Shown here in pieces: positions 31,822-40,772 of a DNA stretch of 64,000 nucleotides. The stretch's first letter is position 1, and each line of letters starts with the position of its first letter. The notes below the pieces were generated by a model that ran no database searches, was not told where the DNA came from, and was given only the letters and a program-made list of their open reading frames with translations. The translations under genes were made by a program, and so were the position numbers. The DNA is from a virus. The DNA lies in IMG/VR virus record IMGVR_UViG_3300045256_000653, positions 14,356 to 78,355 of that record; one strand, given 5' to 3'.

Positions 31822-33477
31822 ATGGCTGATCTCCCGAAGAACATCATCCTGCTCGGCGACTGCGAAGAGGTCCTCAAGACCCTGCCGTCGAACTACTTCG
31901 ATGCCGTGATTTCCGACCCACCGTACGGACTGGGAACGAAAGAGCCCACGGCGCGAGACATCGAGCTGTACCTCGAAGGAAAGCCGCTCGACACGGGCGG
32001 AGACTTCATGGGCAAGCCTTGGGAGATCCCGAGCGTCGGCGTCTGGAAAGAGGTCTTCCGCGTCCTCAAGCCGGGCGGCCATGTTCTGAGCTTCGCGGGC
32101 ACGCGCACATGGGACATCATGTCGATCGGCATCCGAGCCGCTGGGTTCGAGAACCGAGACACGATCTCCAGCCTGTTTTCGTCCCCCTGTCTCCAGTGGC
32201 TTCATGGACAGGGGTTCCCCAAGTCGCTCAACATCTCCGACGCCCTTCGGAAGATGGCCGATCGCGAGAAGGACCCCGAGAAGAAAGAGCGGCTCCTCGT
32301 GGCGTCGAAGGAACTCGAAGGCTACGGGACGGCGCTCAAGCCCGCATGGGAGCCCATCCTCTGTTTCCGCAAGCCGATCGAGACGACGAGCCTTTCCCTT
32401 CAAGCGGCCGAGACCCGAACGGGCGGGATGAACATCGACGGCACGCGCGTCAAACATTCGAGCCCCGAGGACTTCGCCAAGCACAAGGAGCACGTCGATC
32501 GTATCAAGGCCGAGGGAGGCCAGTGGGGTGACTCGTGGAAGAACAGCTCGGATCTCTCGGGCGCCAACGAGGTCACGACGGCCGGCCGCTGGCCCGCGAA
32601 TGTCGTCCTCACGCATTCGCCCGGTTGCACCAAAGTCGGCACGCAGGAAGTCGCCGCTCCCGTCATCAACCGCTTCACGGACGGGATGAAACCCTTCGGC
32701 GACGGCGCCGGACACCCCTACGAACAGAGCGGCGGGGGAACCGAGGCCGTTGCGGTATACGAGTGCGTTGAGGGTTGTCCCGTGAAGACCCTCAACGAAC
32801 AGAGCGGACGTCTCACCACGAATTCAGGCACCGTCACTCCTGACATGGCGTCGATGGGGTACCACGGAGGGCAGGGCAGCTCTCGGGTCGTGACTGCTTC
32901 AACGGGCGGAGCCGATCGCTTCTTCGCGCAGTTCATTCCGGAAGCGCCGTTCTTCTACACGGGGAAGGCCTCGAAGAAGGAGAAGAACGAAGGTTTCGAA
33001 AAGGGTCCTGCGAAGGTGTCCAAGAAGAAGGGACAGCGCCTCGTCGTTCTCCGCGAAAAGCTCGACGAGCCCGAAATGGCACTCTTCGTCAAGCACTGGC
33101 CGGACGACTTCCCCGATCCGCGTACGACCCCGCTCCCCGAGTCTCTGATCGCAGAGATCACCCCGGAGATCGTTTCCTTGTTCACGGTGGCCAAGCCGAA
33201 CGACAACGTGCACCCCACGGTCAAGCCGGTCGAACTCATGCGATGGCTGGTTCGGCTCGTCACGCCGGCGGGAGGCATCGTTCTCGACCCCTACTGCGGA
33301 TCGGGCACGACCTGCATCGGCGCCTTGGAAGAGGACAAGGACTTCGTGGCGATCGAGAAGGATCCCCTCTACTTCAAGATCGGGAGCAAGCGCATCGAGA
33401 AGAAGCTCGGCGCCGTCCTCGACAACCGATCGGCCTCCCTCACGGCGAGCGCGATCTACGATCTCCCCGACGACTAG
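31822..33477 (+). CDS. N6-adenine/N4-cytosine DNA methyltransferase (beta class)
   Basis: DPPY; HPTVKP; VLDPYCGSGTT. Confidence 0.92.
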   Translation: MADLPKNIILLGDCEEVLKTLPSNYFDAVISDPPYGLGTKEPTARDIELYLEGKPLDTGGDFMGKPWEIPSVGVWKEVFRVLKPGGHVLSFAGTRTWDIMSIGIRAAGFENRDTISSLFSSPCLQWLHGQGFPKSLNISDALRKMADREKDPEKKERLLVASKELEGYGTALKPAWEPILCFRKPIETTSLSLQAAETRTGGMNIDGTRVKHSSPEDFAKHKEHVDRIKAEGGQWGDSWKNSSDLSGANEVTTAGRWPANVVLTHSPGCTKVGTQEVAAPVINRFTDGMKPFGDGAGHPYEQSGGGTEAVAVYECVEGCPVKTLNEQSGRLTTNSGTVTPDMASMGYHGGQGSSRVVTASTGGADRFFAQFIPEAPFFYTGKASKKEKNEGFEKGPAKVSKKKGQRLVVLREKLDEPEMALFVKHWPDDFPDPRTTPLPESLIAEITPEIVSLFTVAKPNDNVHPTVKPVELMRWLVRLVTPAGGIVLDPYCGSGTTCIGALEEDKDFVAIEKDPLYFKIGSKRIEKKLGAVLDNRSASLTASAIYDLPDD

Positions 33478-33737
33478 GCGGCGAGGCCGACGAGCACGAG
33501 CTTGGCGGGCCGACCGAGCTTCTTGATCTCGTGCTCACGCTTCAAGGCGGCGCTCTTCGAGCGGACTTCTTCTACTCGAACGAGCTTCCAAGGACGTCCG
33601 GCCCTCGTGGACTTCGCGCCCCGCTTCCCTTTGCCGTTGTGCTCTTCGCATCGACGAGAGGGTGACGTGGAAACGCCCGTGTAAAGCCTTCCGGTCGTCA
33701 GGCTGTAGAGCACGTAGACGTACCAGCGGTGCTTCAC
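33474..33737 (-). CDS. GIY-YIG nuclease (YhbQ-like)
   Basis: WYVYVL..LYTGVS..RR..EHN..GAKSTR..ALKREHEIK. Confidence 0.9.
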   Translation of the reverse strand: MKHRWYVYVLYSLTTGRLYTGVSTSPSRRCEEHNGKGKRGAKSTRAGRPWKLVRVEEVRSKSAALKREHEIKKLGRPAKLVLVGLAA

Positions 33738-33739
33738 GA

Positions 33740-33973
33740 TTACCCGCGACGGTCGTAGGAGAAAGCCGCCGTCTTCAAACCGGCGATCTCTTTGGCCTTC
33801 TGCTCCGCCTTGTGGAGATCGGGGAAGTTGAACCCGTGGGGCACCATCAAACCGGAGTCGAGATCCTTGAGCGTGACGTTGTACCCGCCCCGTGTGCTTT
33901 CGAAGACGTAGGCCTCCATGCCGTCTTCCTTGTTCGTGAACGTTTTGAGGGGCTTGGGGTGCATCGTACTCAC
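33740..33973 (-). CDS. Hypothetical protein
   Basis: 77 aa; C-terminal FSYDRR. Confidence 0.6.
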   Translation of the reverse strand: MSTMHPKPLKTFTNKEDGMEAYVFESTRGGYNVTLKDLDSGLMVPHGFNFPDLHKAEQKAKEIAGLKTAAFSYDRRG

Positions 33974-34638
33974 CAGGTGAAGTTGTTCTCGGCTTTGCGG
34001 TGACGGAGCGAGGAGATGATGAAGGGCCCTCGGCTGAGGGAGGCGTAGAGACCTCCCGCCCAGCGTTTGCGGTCCCAGTCCGAGAGATCGAGCATGGCAC
34101 GTTCTCGGCGCGTCTTGATGTTGAACGCGGCGGCCTCGATCATCTCCTGGCGGTAAGGCTCCCAGACGGGCGCGTGGGCCATGACCCAGACGCTGTAATC
34201 GACGAAGCCTTCCTCGTAAAAGGGGTCACCTTCCGGGAACTTGGCGAGCGATCCATGGGTGAACTCGTGGGTGAGCTTCTCCAGCGTCTGGCCGGCCTTG
34301 CCACCCACGGAGGACGACAGACGAACCTGTCCGGTCCCAGGGTCGAAGCTTGCCGTGGCGCCGGCGGTGTGCTGGCCGTCCGGCATCGGTAGGATCTCGG
34401 GCAAGGGATCCATTCCGTACGGGCCGAGAGCGTGACCCACGAAATCGTAGATCTTGGGCGCCCATTGCTCGACGAACTGGTCCCATTCATTGCCGAAAAT
34501 GTGGCACGTGAAACGGCGAGAAGCCGAATCCTCGTCCCAGTTGATGAAGCCCGAGGGCGGCCCCTGCAAGGTGTCGTCCGAGGCTTTCTTGAGCATTGCC
34601 TGGACCTTCGGGTCGATGGGGTCGCGGGAGGGATACAT
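33970..34638 (-). CDS. Putative zinc metallopeptidase
   Basis: LTHEFTH...YEEGFVDY; start uncertain. Confidence 0.6.
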   Translation of the reverse strand: MYPSRDPIDPKVQAMLKKASDDTLQGPPSGFINWDEDSASRRFTCHIFGNEWDQFVEQWAPKIYDFVGHALGPYGMDPLPEILPMPDGQHTAGATASFDPGTGQVRLSSSVGGKAGQTLEKLTHEFTHGSLAKFPEGDPFYEEGFVDYSVWVMAHAPVWEPYRQEMIEAAAFNIKTRRERAMLDLSDWDRKRWAGGLYASLSRGPFIISSLRHRKAENNFTW

Positions 34639-34690
34639 TCCGACAGGAGGCGACGCAAAAGAGCTTTTGCGGTTTGGACTTAGGAGCACC

Positions 34691-35458
34691 ATGGGCGACT
34701 CGTTCAGCATTCTCTACCCCACCGGCCTTGTGATGGACGTTGGAGTCCAATCCCCCGTCAATGGCCAGGGAAATTACGGCTCAGTCGTAGTCTCCCAACC
34801 CATCCCGGGCCTGGGATTCCAATCGCAGAGCTTCGGGACGTTCGCGCTCGCTCAAGGGCAGCTCAGCGGTCACCAAGGGACCATCGAGGCTCAGATCGTC
34901 ACCGGCGTGCAGGGAAGTGCGAGAACCATCCTCGTACTCTCGACATCGGATCCGGCAACGACGAACTCGAACATCGCGGTCGCCCTGGACAGCTTGAACC
35001 GACCCTACGCGATGGTCTACAGCGCTCTCGGAACGCAGATCGCTCTCTCGCAGGTTCAGGCGCGACCCCAAGATTCTAACGTCCCCATGACGATTCGTCT
35101 CGTGTGGAACACGCTCTCGCCCGTTCTTGGGGGTGATTACATCGCGTTGGAGATCAACAACACGCTCTTCCTCACGTGGGCCACGGGGCTCACCGCTGCG
35201 TGGACTCCGATTGTCCCCTCCGTCGCCATCGTCGGCGACGCGATCTCGGGACTATCTCTATCGGGATTCAACGGCACCCTCAAGAAAGTACAGGTGTCGA
35301 ACACGCCGGTGCTCTCCACGCAAGCATCAACGACATCGCTCGTTCTCGGACGCAGCCAGGCGACGATCGTCGGAACGGGCAGCGTGACAGCGACCGCGAA
35401 GGCGGTTCACAAGGCCACAGCCGTCCTCGTCGGTCAGGCTACGGTCTCGACTCGGTGA
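34691..35458 (+). CDS. Hypothetical beta-rich (possibly structural) protein
   Basis: AGGAG SD; MGDSFSILYP... Confidence 0.6.
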   Translation: MGDSFSILYPTGLVMDVGVQSPVNGQGNYGSVVVSQPIPGLGFQSQSFGTFALAQGQLSGHQGTIEAQIVTGVQGSARTILVLSTSDPATTNSNIAVALDSLNRPYAMVYSALGTQIALSQVQARPQDSNVPMTIRLVWNTLSPVLGGDYIALEINNTLFLTWATGLTAAWTPIVPSVAIVGDAISGLSLSGFNGTLKKVQVSNTPVLSTQASTTSLVLGRSQATIVGTGSVTATAKAVHKATAVLVGQATVSTR

Positions 35459-35487
35459 CGGTGTAGGAGAAATCTGTAAAAAAACTC

Positions 35488-35516
35488 TTGACCCGTCAAA
35501 AATCCACTTGTGCACT
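35488..35516 (+). promoter_or_regulatory. Possible sigma70-type promoter ahead of tRNA array
   Basis: TTGACC-N17-TGCACT after A-rich tract. Confidence 0.4.
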
Positions 35517-35585
35517 CGTCTAAGGGAGTGTACAGATAGTCGGGCGCCAGACTTGTTCTCTGGCACCTAAAACGAAGCAAACGAC

Positions 35586-35738
35586 ATGACTACCAGGCTC
35601 TTGCAAACCACCACAACCAAGCGGGCGAAAAGCCTCGCGGCGGTGTGGTGCATGCTGAGCCTCGGTTATGATCACGTCGCCACGCCCGCAGAACCCTCCG
35701 AATTTTCGCGCATTCAGCAAAATCCGGAGGGACCCTAG
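35586..35738 (+). CDS. Possible leader peptide (50 aa)
   Basis: MTTRLLQTTTTKRAKS...; followed by strong hairpin. Confidence 0.35.
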   Translation: MTTRLLQTTTTKRAKSLAAVWCMLSLGYDHVATPAEPSEFSRIQQNPEGP

Positions 35739-35771
35739 AGGCGGCACTTCGATCGCGCACTGAGCGCACTT

Positions 35772-35812
35772 GAAGGCCGCCTCCGGGAAACTGGATGCGG
35801 CCTTCGGCGTTT
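35772..35812 (+). terminator. Hairpin, attenuator/terminator-like
   Basis: gaaggccgc...gcggccttc followed by gttt. Confidence 0.5.
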
Positions 35813-35954
35813 CAGGCCCTCAAAAAATCGACCCCCAAGAATCTGACGCTACCGATCTGCCCAATGGTTTGGGCGGATCCACAGGAGACGTGTAACCAAT
35901 GACCCCCAAGACGACAATGCGAGAGAGCTATCCCAGCTCAGTCCCATATTTTCT

Positions 35955-36038
35955 GCCGGGGCTGAGCATGAGTGGGCTCACCTGACTGTAAATCAGGCGT
36001 CTCTGACCGTGGGGGTGCGAATCCCTCCCCCGGCACCA
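35955..36038 (+). tRNA. tRNA-Tyr(GTA)
   Basis: cctga-ctGTAaa-tcagg; CCA; atypical T loop. Confidence 0.85.
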
Positions 36039-36122
36039 TCAAGAAAGTTCGATTGTTCGAGGAAAGAAGGACCCAATGAAACGTAAGAGCGAGCCCGGGA
36101 AAGCCGGGCCAAAAGAAAGCGA

Positions 36123-36196
36123 GGGACGTTAGCTCAGTTGGTAGCAGCAGCGGACTTTTAATCCGTAGGTCGTGAGTTCGAGCCTCACACGTCCCA
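36123..36196 (+). tRNA. tRNA-Lys(TTT)
   Basis: Cloverleaf. Confidence 0.92.
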
Positions 36197-36216
36197 CTCG
36201 GTCGCAAGGCCGAAAC

Positions 36217-36291
36217 GGACTCGTAGCTCAATCAGGCAGAGCAGGCGACTCTTACTCGCAAGGTTGGTGGGTTCAATTCCCCCCGGGTCCA
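36217..36291 (+). tRNA. tRNA-Lys(CTT)
   Basis: Cloverleaf. Confidence 0.88.
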
Positions 36292-36331
36292 CTGGGAAAA
36301 CAAAACGTTCGATCACATAGCAGTCACACCA

Positions 36332-36405
36332 TTCCGGGTTCGCCTAATTGGTAAGGCAGCGGTTTCTGATGCCGCCCAACGAGGTTCGAATCCTCTACCC
36401 GGAAC
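36332..36405 (+). tRNA. tRNA-Gln(CTG)
   Basis: Cloverleaf. Confidence 0.9.
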
Positions 36406-36670
36406 TGATTGGGGTCCCTTCGGGGACTCCCGGTCTTTGAAAATCTGCCAGGACTTGAGACAACTCTTTCACCGGGACGTTCTCTTCGGAGTGCTTCTCG
36501 GAAAAGCGTGCGCCATCGTGATCGACCCACGAGTATAGTGTGGGGCTACAGCGGGTGCGAAGAATGCGGGAGATCCCCGCATCACGCAGCAAGAGACTCT
36601 CTCCTGTTCGTTCGTGGAAGGGGCGGGGGCTCAAAAGCTCTCAAGCCGTTGGGCCCTCGCCTTTTCGTTT

Positions 36671-36745
36671 TGCTCGGTAGCCAAGCAGGCAAGGCAGTGA
36701 GCTGTTAACTCACCTATCGCTGGTTCGAATCCAGCCCGAGCAGCC
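36671..36745 (+). tRNA. tRNA-Asn(GTT)
   Basis: Cloverleaf. Confidence 0.92.
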
Positions 36746-36765
36746 GATCCCCAACGGGATCATTT

Positions 36766-36791
36766 GTGGCCGAAGCTCAAGTGGTAGAGCA
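36766..36791 (+). pseudogene. Truncated tRNA 5' fragment (acceptor strand plus D arm)
   Basis: gtggccgaagctcaagtggtagagca with no anticodon or T arm following. Confidence 0.55.
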
Positions 36792-36812
36792 GACACGGCG
36801 GGCTTCGGGCGC

Positions 36813-37151
36813 ATGCGCTTCGGTGCTCTCTGGGTCCCCACCTGGCCGTGGGCGCTCACACTGGGTGGGACGGTCGAAGTGAACAATCTCCCGGTGGGGA
36901 TCGGCGGCGTGCAAGCCGAGGCTCTTCACCTTGGAAGCGGGCTTTGGGTCAGGGCGGGCGCCGGAATGGATCCCTTCGCCAGGCCGCACATGAATGCAGC
37001 CGCTGGCTGGTCGATCTTCGGTCTGGAGGTCTCGGGGTTCCCGCGCAACTCCGTGGTGACCAACGGCCAAGACCCGCGAGAAGCGGTGTCACTCTTCGCG
37101 ACGATTCGAATCCCGCTCGGCTACGTCTTCTACGTGTTCGCCAAACACTAA
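36813..37151 (+). CDS. Hypothetical (possibly 5'-truncated) beta-strand protein
   Basis: 112 aa ORF directly after tRNA fragment. Confidence 0.45.
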   Translation: MRFGALWVPTWPWALTLGGTVEVNNLPVGIGGVQAEALHLGSGLWVRAGAGMDPFARPHMNAAAGWSIFGLEVSGFPRNSVVTNGQDPREAVSLFATIRIPLGYVFYVFAKH

Positions 37152-37756
37152 CGCGAGCACCAGCGCATCCCTCGTAGATCGAGCTGTCGGTAGGCAGCAA
37201 CCGCACGCACGGCGGTCTCGTCGATGCAGTCGTAGTTGTTGCCGATGATCGACGGGCTCATGAGAACGTCCTTGCCGATGTGCCCCGAGCCGAGCATGTG
37301 CCCGATCTCGTGCATCGCGATCCGTTGAAGCTCGTTCAGAGGGAAACGGTCCCGCACGAAGTAGACTCGATTCCCGGCAAGGCCTCCTCCCGGCCCCTGC
37401 GCCCAAGCGTTGCTGAGAAGGTGCTCGGGCTCTCGCGTCAGCGGATTCGTGGTGTCCGTCCGAATGAGGATGTACCCGAAGTCGTCCGCTTGATCGTGCT
37501 TCGGCGGAACGTGAAAACTGTAGCTCATCACGCGCAGCACGATCTGCCCGTTGAGCGTCTTGTTCCACTCCGTGATGGCCTCCTGGAGTAGAGCTTTCTC
37601 CTCAGCTTCCCACCGCTCATCGATGTACATCGGCATGATGCGTACATCGGGACCCTCTCCCGACCGCGCGATGTAGGTGTAGTCACGCGGAACGGGGACG
37701 CAGTTTGCACACAACGTAAGCGCCAGAAAAACAGCGCGCAGCTTCACCTTAATCAT
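37148..37756 (-). CDS. Matrixin (M10) family metalloprotease, secreted or lipoprotein
   Basis: HEIGHMLGSGH...VLMSP Met-turn; signal-like N-terminus. Confidence 0.8.
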   Translation of the reverse strand: MIKVKLRAVFLALTLCANCVPVPRDYTYIARSGEGPDVRIMPMYIDERWEAEEKALLQEAITEWNKTLNGQIVLRVMSYSFHVPPKHDQADDFGYILIRTDTTNPLTREPEHLLSNAWAQGPGGGLAGNRVYFVRDRFPLNELQRIAMHEIGHMLGSGHIGKDVLMSPSIIGNNYDCIDETAVRAVAAYRQLDLRGMRWCSR

Positions 37757-37778
37757 CCCCAACGGGATGATTAACGAC

Positions 37779-37854
37779 GGCCCCATCGTCTAACGGTTCA
37801 GGATGCCGGCCTTTCAAGCCGAGAATACGGGTTCGATTCCCGTTGGGGTCACCA
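37779..37854 (+). tRNA. tRNA-Glu(TTC)
   Basis: Cloverleaf, CCA. Confidence 0.92.
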
Positions 37855-37858
37855 CTTT

Positions 37859-37931
37859 GCTCCCATCTCACTAACGGTCAGGTGGCTGGATTCTCAATCC
37901 AGAGGTGCGGGTTCGATTCCCGCTGGGAGTG
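37859..37931 (+). tRNA. tRNA-Glu(CTC)
   Basis: Cloverleaf. Confidence 0.88.
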
Positions 37932-37936
37932 CTACT

Positions 37937-38012
37937 GTCCCCATCGTCTAGCGGCCTAGGACGTGACCCTCTCAAGGTCAAAACACGAGTTCAAGTCTCG
38001 TTGGGGACACCA
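37937..38012 (+). tRNA. tRNA-Glu(CTC)
   Basis: Cloverleaf, CCA. Confidence 0.92.
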
Positions 38013-38070
38013 CGTGCTATCAACGGCTCGTTGATTATCAACGATCTTGATTGATACCGGTTGATAGAGC

Positions 38071-38394
38071 TTACGGCATCGCGAAGATTCGCAGAAGCGT
38101 GTCGGCGCGATCCATCTTACGGAGGGCGACGGCTTCGATCTGGCGGACACGTTCTCGGGTGAGACCCAAGAGCGCGCCCAACTCTTCGAGCGTCATTCCT
38201 CCTTGGTCAGCAACGTCGAGGGTGCACGTCGGTGCGCCTTCGGAAAGAGGGACCAGGTAATACTTGCACGTGATCCACTGGCACGGTCGGACGGCATTCT
38301 TTCCGCCCGGCAGGCAGTCACTCCTCACACGAGGACGCTTCGACGAGTCGTAGAGCGGGAGGCGAGTCTTCTCGTTGGACGAACCGTCAGCCAT
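38071..38394 (-). CDS. Stand-alone sigma70 region 4 HTH protein with Cys-rich N-terminus
   Basis: MTLEELGALLGLTRERVRQIEAVALRKM. Confidence 0.85.
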   Translation of the reverse strand: MADGSSNEKTRLPLYDSSKRPRVRSDCLPGGKNAVRPCQWITCKYYLVPLSEGAPTCTLDVADQGGMTLEELGALLGLTRERVRQIEAVALRKMDRADTLLRIFAMP

Positions 38395-38411
38395 GGATCT
38401 AGATACACCAG

Positions 38412-38486
38412 GGCCACTTAGCTCAGTTGGTAGAGCGGCTGGCTGAAGTCCAGCGCGTCGGGAGTTCGATTCTCTCAGTGGCCACC
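38412..38486 (+). tRNA. tRNA-Phe(GAA)
   Basis: Cloverleaf. Confidence 0.92.
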
Positions 38487-38506
38487 GAAATTGGTTTGTC
38501 TTTAGC

Positions 38507-38584
38507 TGTGCGCGGCTCGGCCGGGGATGGCCGGTGGGTCTCATACGCCCGCTAAATTCCGTTCGACTCGGAAGCGCGCAACCA
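38507..38584 (+). tRNA. Divergent tRNA(CAT), Met or Ile2
   Basis: gtgggt-ctCATac-gcccgc; CCA; atypical D arm. Confidence 0.7.
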
Positions 38585-38603
38585 GGGTCTTCGGACCCTT
38601 TAC

Positions 38604-38677
38604 GTCGGGGTGGAGCAGTCAGGTAGCTTGTCGGGCTCATAACCCGAAGGTCGATGGTTCAAATCCATCCCCCGACC
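38604..38677 (+). tRNA. Initiator-type tRNA-Met(CAT)
   Basis: tggagcag..tcgggctCATaacccga with 3 G-C pairs. Confidence 0.9.
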
Positions 38678-38686
38678 CAAATCTTA

Positions 38687-38763
38687 TTCCGGAGACGCCT
38701 CACATGGAAGGGCACCCGCCTTTGAAGCGGTCTTTTTGGGGGTTCGAATCCCTCCTCCGGAAC
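38687..38763 (+). tRNA. tRNA-Gln(TTG)
   Basis: Cloverleaf. Confidence 0.8.
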
Positions 38764-38806
38764 TCGGCTTAGATTCGGGAAAGACCTTATACCGTCCCGA
38801 ATCTAG

Positions 38807-39238
38807 ATGACGGACAAAATTTGCGTCAAATGCAAGGGAAAACCGCAACCGATCGAAAACTTCAATCGGGGACCTAAAGGGTTCCACTCGTACTGCCGTC
38901 TCTGTCAGAAAGAGTACGACCGAGCGCGCTACAAACGACGCCACAAAGAGGAGCTGGCTCGGCAGAAGCAAAAACGATCAGCGTCGTACAGGCAGAAACA
39001 AGAGGTACTGCGACACGCAAAACAAGGTCCGTGTTCGGATTGTGGTGGTCACTTTCACTTCGCCGCGATGGACTTCGATCATCGCGACCCGTCAACAAAG
39101 ATAGACAATGTTGGCAGCCTCGTGGGCTCCGGTTGTCGCCTCGAAACCTTTTTGGCCGAGATCGCAAAATGTGATCTTCTTTGTGCCAACTGTCATCGCA
39201 TCAGAACGTATGAAGCAACCCATCGGAGTGTAGCTTAG
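38807..39238 (+). CDS. HNH (homing-type) endonuclease with Zn finger
   Basis: CxxC pairs; MDFDHRDP..EIAKCDLLCANCHRIRT; stop lies inside tRNA-Pro. Confidence 0.85.
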   Translation: MTDKICVKCKGKPQPIENFNRGPKGFHSYCRLCQKEYDRARYKRRHKEELARQKQKRSASYRQKQEVLRHAKQGPCSDCGGHFHFAAMDFDHRDPSTKIDNVGSLVGSGCRLETFLAEIAKCDLLCANCHRIRTYEATHRSVA

Positions 39239-39298
39239 TCTGGCTAAAGCGCGTGCTTCGGGAGCACGAGACCGCCGGTTCGAGTCCGGCCACTCCGA
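39224..39298 (+). tRNA. tRNA-Pro(CGG)
   Basis: Cloverleaf. Confidence 0.92.
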
Positions 39299-39338
39299 CT
39301 ACTCTTTTCCTACTCTTCACGCGGTGTAACCTGCCGGC

Positions 39339-39695
39339 ATGGCTGATCTCTTGTGCCAGAAGTGCCGGAACTGGAAAGAGCTGGACGACTTCCGTCACCT
39401 CATTCAGCCCGATCCCCACGAGCAGCCGGAACACTCCAACGTGTGCCGGCAATGCGAGGACCCGCTCGATCACGATCTCTACGGGTTGCCGAAGGAAGAC
39501 CTCCTTCAAGAGGTGAAGAAGCTTCGTGCGGCCATTCGGGAGCACCGAGACGCTTCGGGACATGACCTCTGCTGGTACCAGCCGGAGCTTTGGAACTTGC
39601 TCCCCGAAAAGACGGAGCCGAAGCCGAAGGTGCCGCCGACGAAGGAGTTCCTCGATGCGTGCGCCCTCTACCGCAAGTCGCTCGACACGCGCTAG
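39339..39695 (+). CDS. Hypothetical protein (Cys-rich)
   Basis: CGGTGTA upstream; 118 aa. Confidence 0.7.
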   Translation: MADLLCQKCRNWKELDDFRHLIQPDPHEQPEHSNVCRQCEDPLDHDLYGLPKEDLLQEVKKLRAAIREHRDASGHDLCWYQPELWNLLPEKTEPKPKVPPTKEFLDACALYRKSLDTR

Positions 39696-39892
39696 TTGAC
39701 GTAGACGAAGTACGCCCAGGTCGAGCCCTGGTCGTGCTCCCAGACGCGGCTCTTGCCGAACTCACCCCAATCGAGAATGAGCTTCACGCGGCCGTCGTGC
39801 TCTTTCTCGATGCGCTCGATGACGACCTTCTCGGGTCGGTCACAGACGACAAGGCGGTCTCCAACTTTCGGCTTGCGAGGGGCAAAGAACAT
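39692..39892 (-). CDS. Hypothetical protein
   Basis: 66 aa, downstream of desaturase. Confidence 0.55.
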   Translation of the reverse strand: MFFAPRKPKVGDRLVVCDRPEKVVIERIEKEHDGRVKLILDWGEFGKSRVWEHDQGSTWAYFVYVN

Positions 39893-39895
39893 CGG

Positions 39896-40384
39896 TCACT
39901 CCGCCTCTCGGAAAGTTCGGAACAGCCGGTCCCAGCCGAAGAAGAGGATGCCGAAGTTGCGGTTCGTGCGCTTGTGATGCACGAAGTGCAAATCCCGCAG
40001 CGGCGAGAAGATCTTCCAGCGTGCCCAGACCGACTTCTTCACGTGGAAGCCTGTGTGGAGCGAATCGTGCAGGATGCCGAGGGCCAACGTTTCGAGCGCG
40101 GCGCCGCCGATGACGTAGACGTCAGTGCCCAACGCGTAGAGGACGGCGGCGTAGAGAAAGAAGGCGAGGGTGACCGCCGGCGTGAAGATCAGCGTCGAAT
40201 CTGCGGTGCCGGATGTGCGATAGACGCCCGAGACGAGATCGTCGGGCGGGTACTGGAAGATGTGGTGGTTCATGTGGGCGCGGTAAAGCGGCCCGGACCA
40301 TCGCTGGTGGAGCACCCAGTGAACGAACCAGCCGATGAGGCTTCCGTACACGAAGGTGATGGCCGCCGCGACTACTGCGCCCAT
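39896..40384 (-). CDS. Fatty acid hydroxylase/sterol desaturase family membrane protein
   Basis: HWVLH, HMNHH, HTGFH, HFVHH histidine boxes; NFG..WDRLFRT. Confidence 0.85.
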   Translation of the reverse strand: MGAVVAAAITFVYGSLIGWFVHWVLHQRWSGPLYRAHMNHHIFQYPPDDLVSGVYRTSGTADSTLIFTPAVTLAFFLYAAVLYALGTDVYVIGGAALETLALGILHDSLHTGFHVKKSVWARWKIFSPLRDLHFVHHKRTNRNFGILFFGWDRLFRTFREAE

Positions 40385-40417
40385 ACCCAAGAAGACTCAG
40401 AACAGGTTTAACAATGC

Positions 40418-40492
40418 GGGCCCGTAGCTCAGTGGCAGAGCACCGTCTTCACACGGCGGGTGTCGGAGGTTCGATTCCTCTCGGGCCTACCA
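40418..40492 (+). tRNA. tRNA-Val(CAC)
   Basis: Cloverleaf, CCA. Confidence 0.92.
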
Positions 40493-40500
40493 AACATCCC

Positions 40501-40574
40501 GGGCTGATAGCTCAATGGCAGAGTGCCGGTATTACACGCCGGAAGTTGCCGGTTCAAGTCCGGCTCGGCCCACC
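40501..40574 (+). tRNA. tRNA-Val(TAC)
   Basis: Cloverleaf. Confidence 0.9.
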
Positions 40575-40596
40575 CCGTTCGTCACCAAGTTTCCGA

Positions 40597-40668
40597 TGGC
40601 CCGTAGCTCAGTGGTAGAGCGCTTCCTTGACACGGAAGAGATCGGAGGTTCGATTCCTCTCGGGCCAA
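40597..40668 (+). tRNA. tRNA-Val(GAC)
   Basis: Cloverleaf. Confidence 0.92.
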
Positions 40669-40695
40669 CTGCACTTCACTTATTTCAAGAGATAC

Positions 40696-40770
40696 AGGCA
40701 CGTAGCTCAACCTGGTTAGAGCACCATCCTGATAAGGTGGGGGTTGGAGGTTCAAATCCTCTCGTGCCTA
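40696..40770 (+). tRNA. tRNA-Ile(GAT)
   Basis: Cloverleaf. Confidence 0.92.
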
Positions 40771-40772
40771 CT

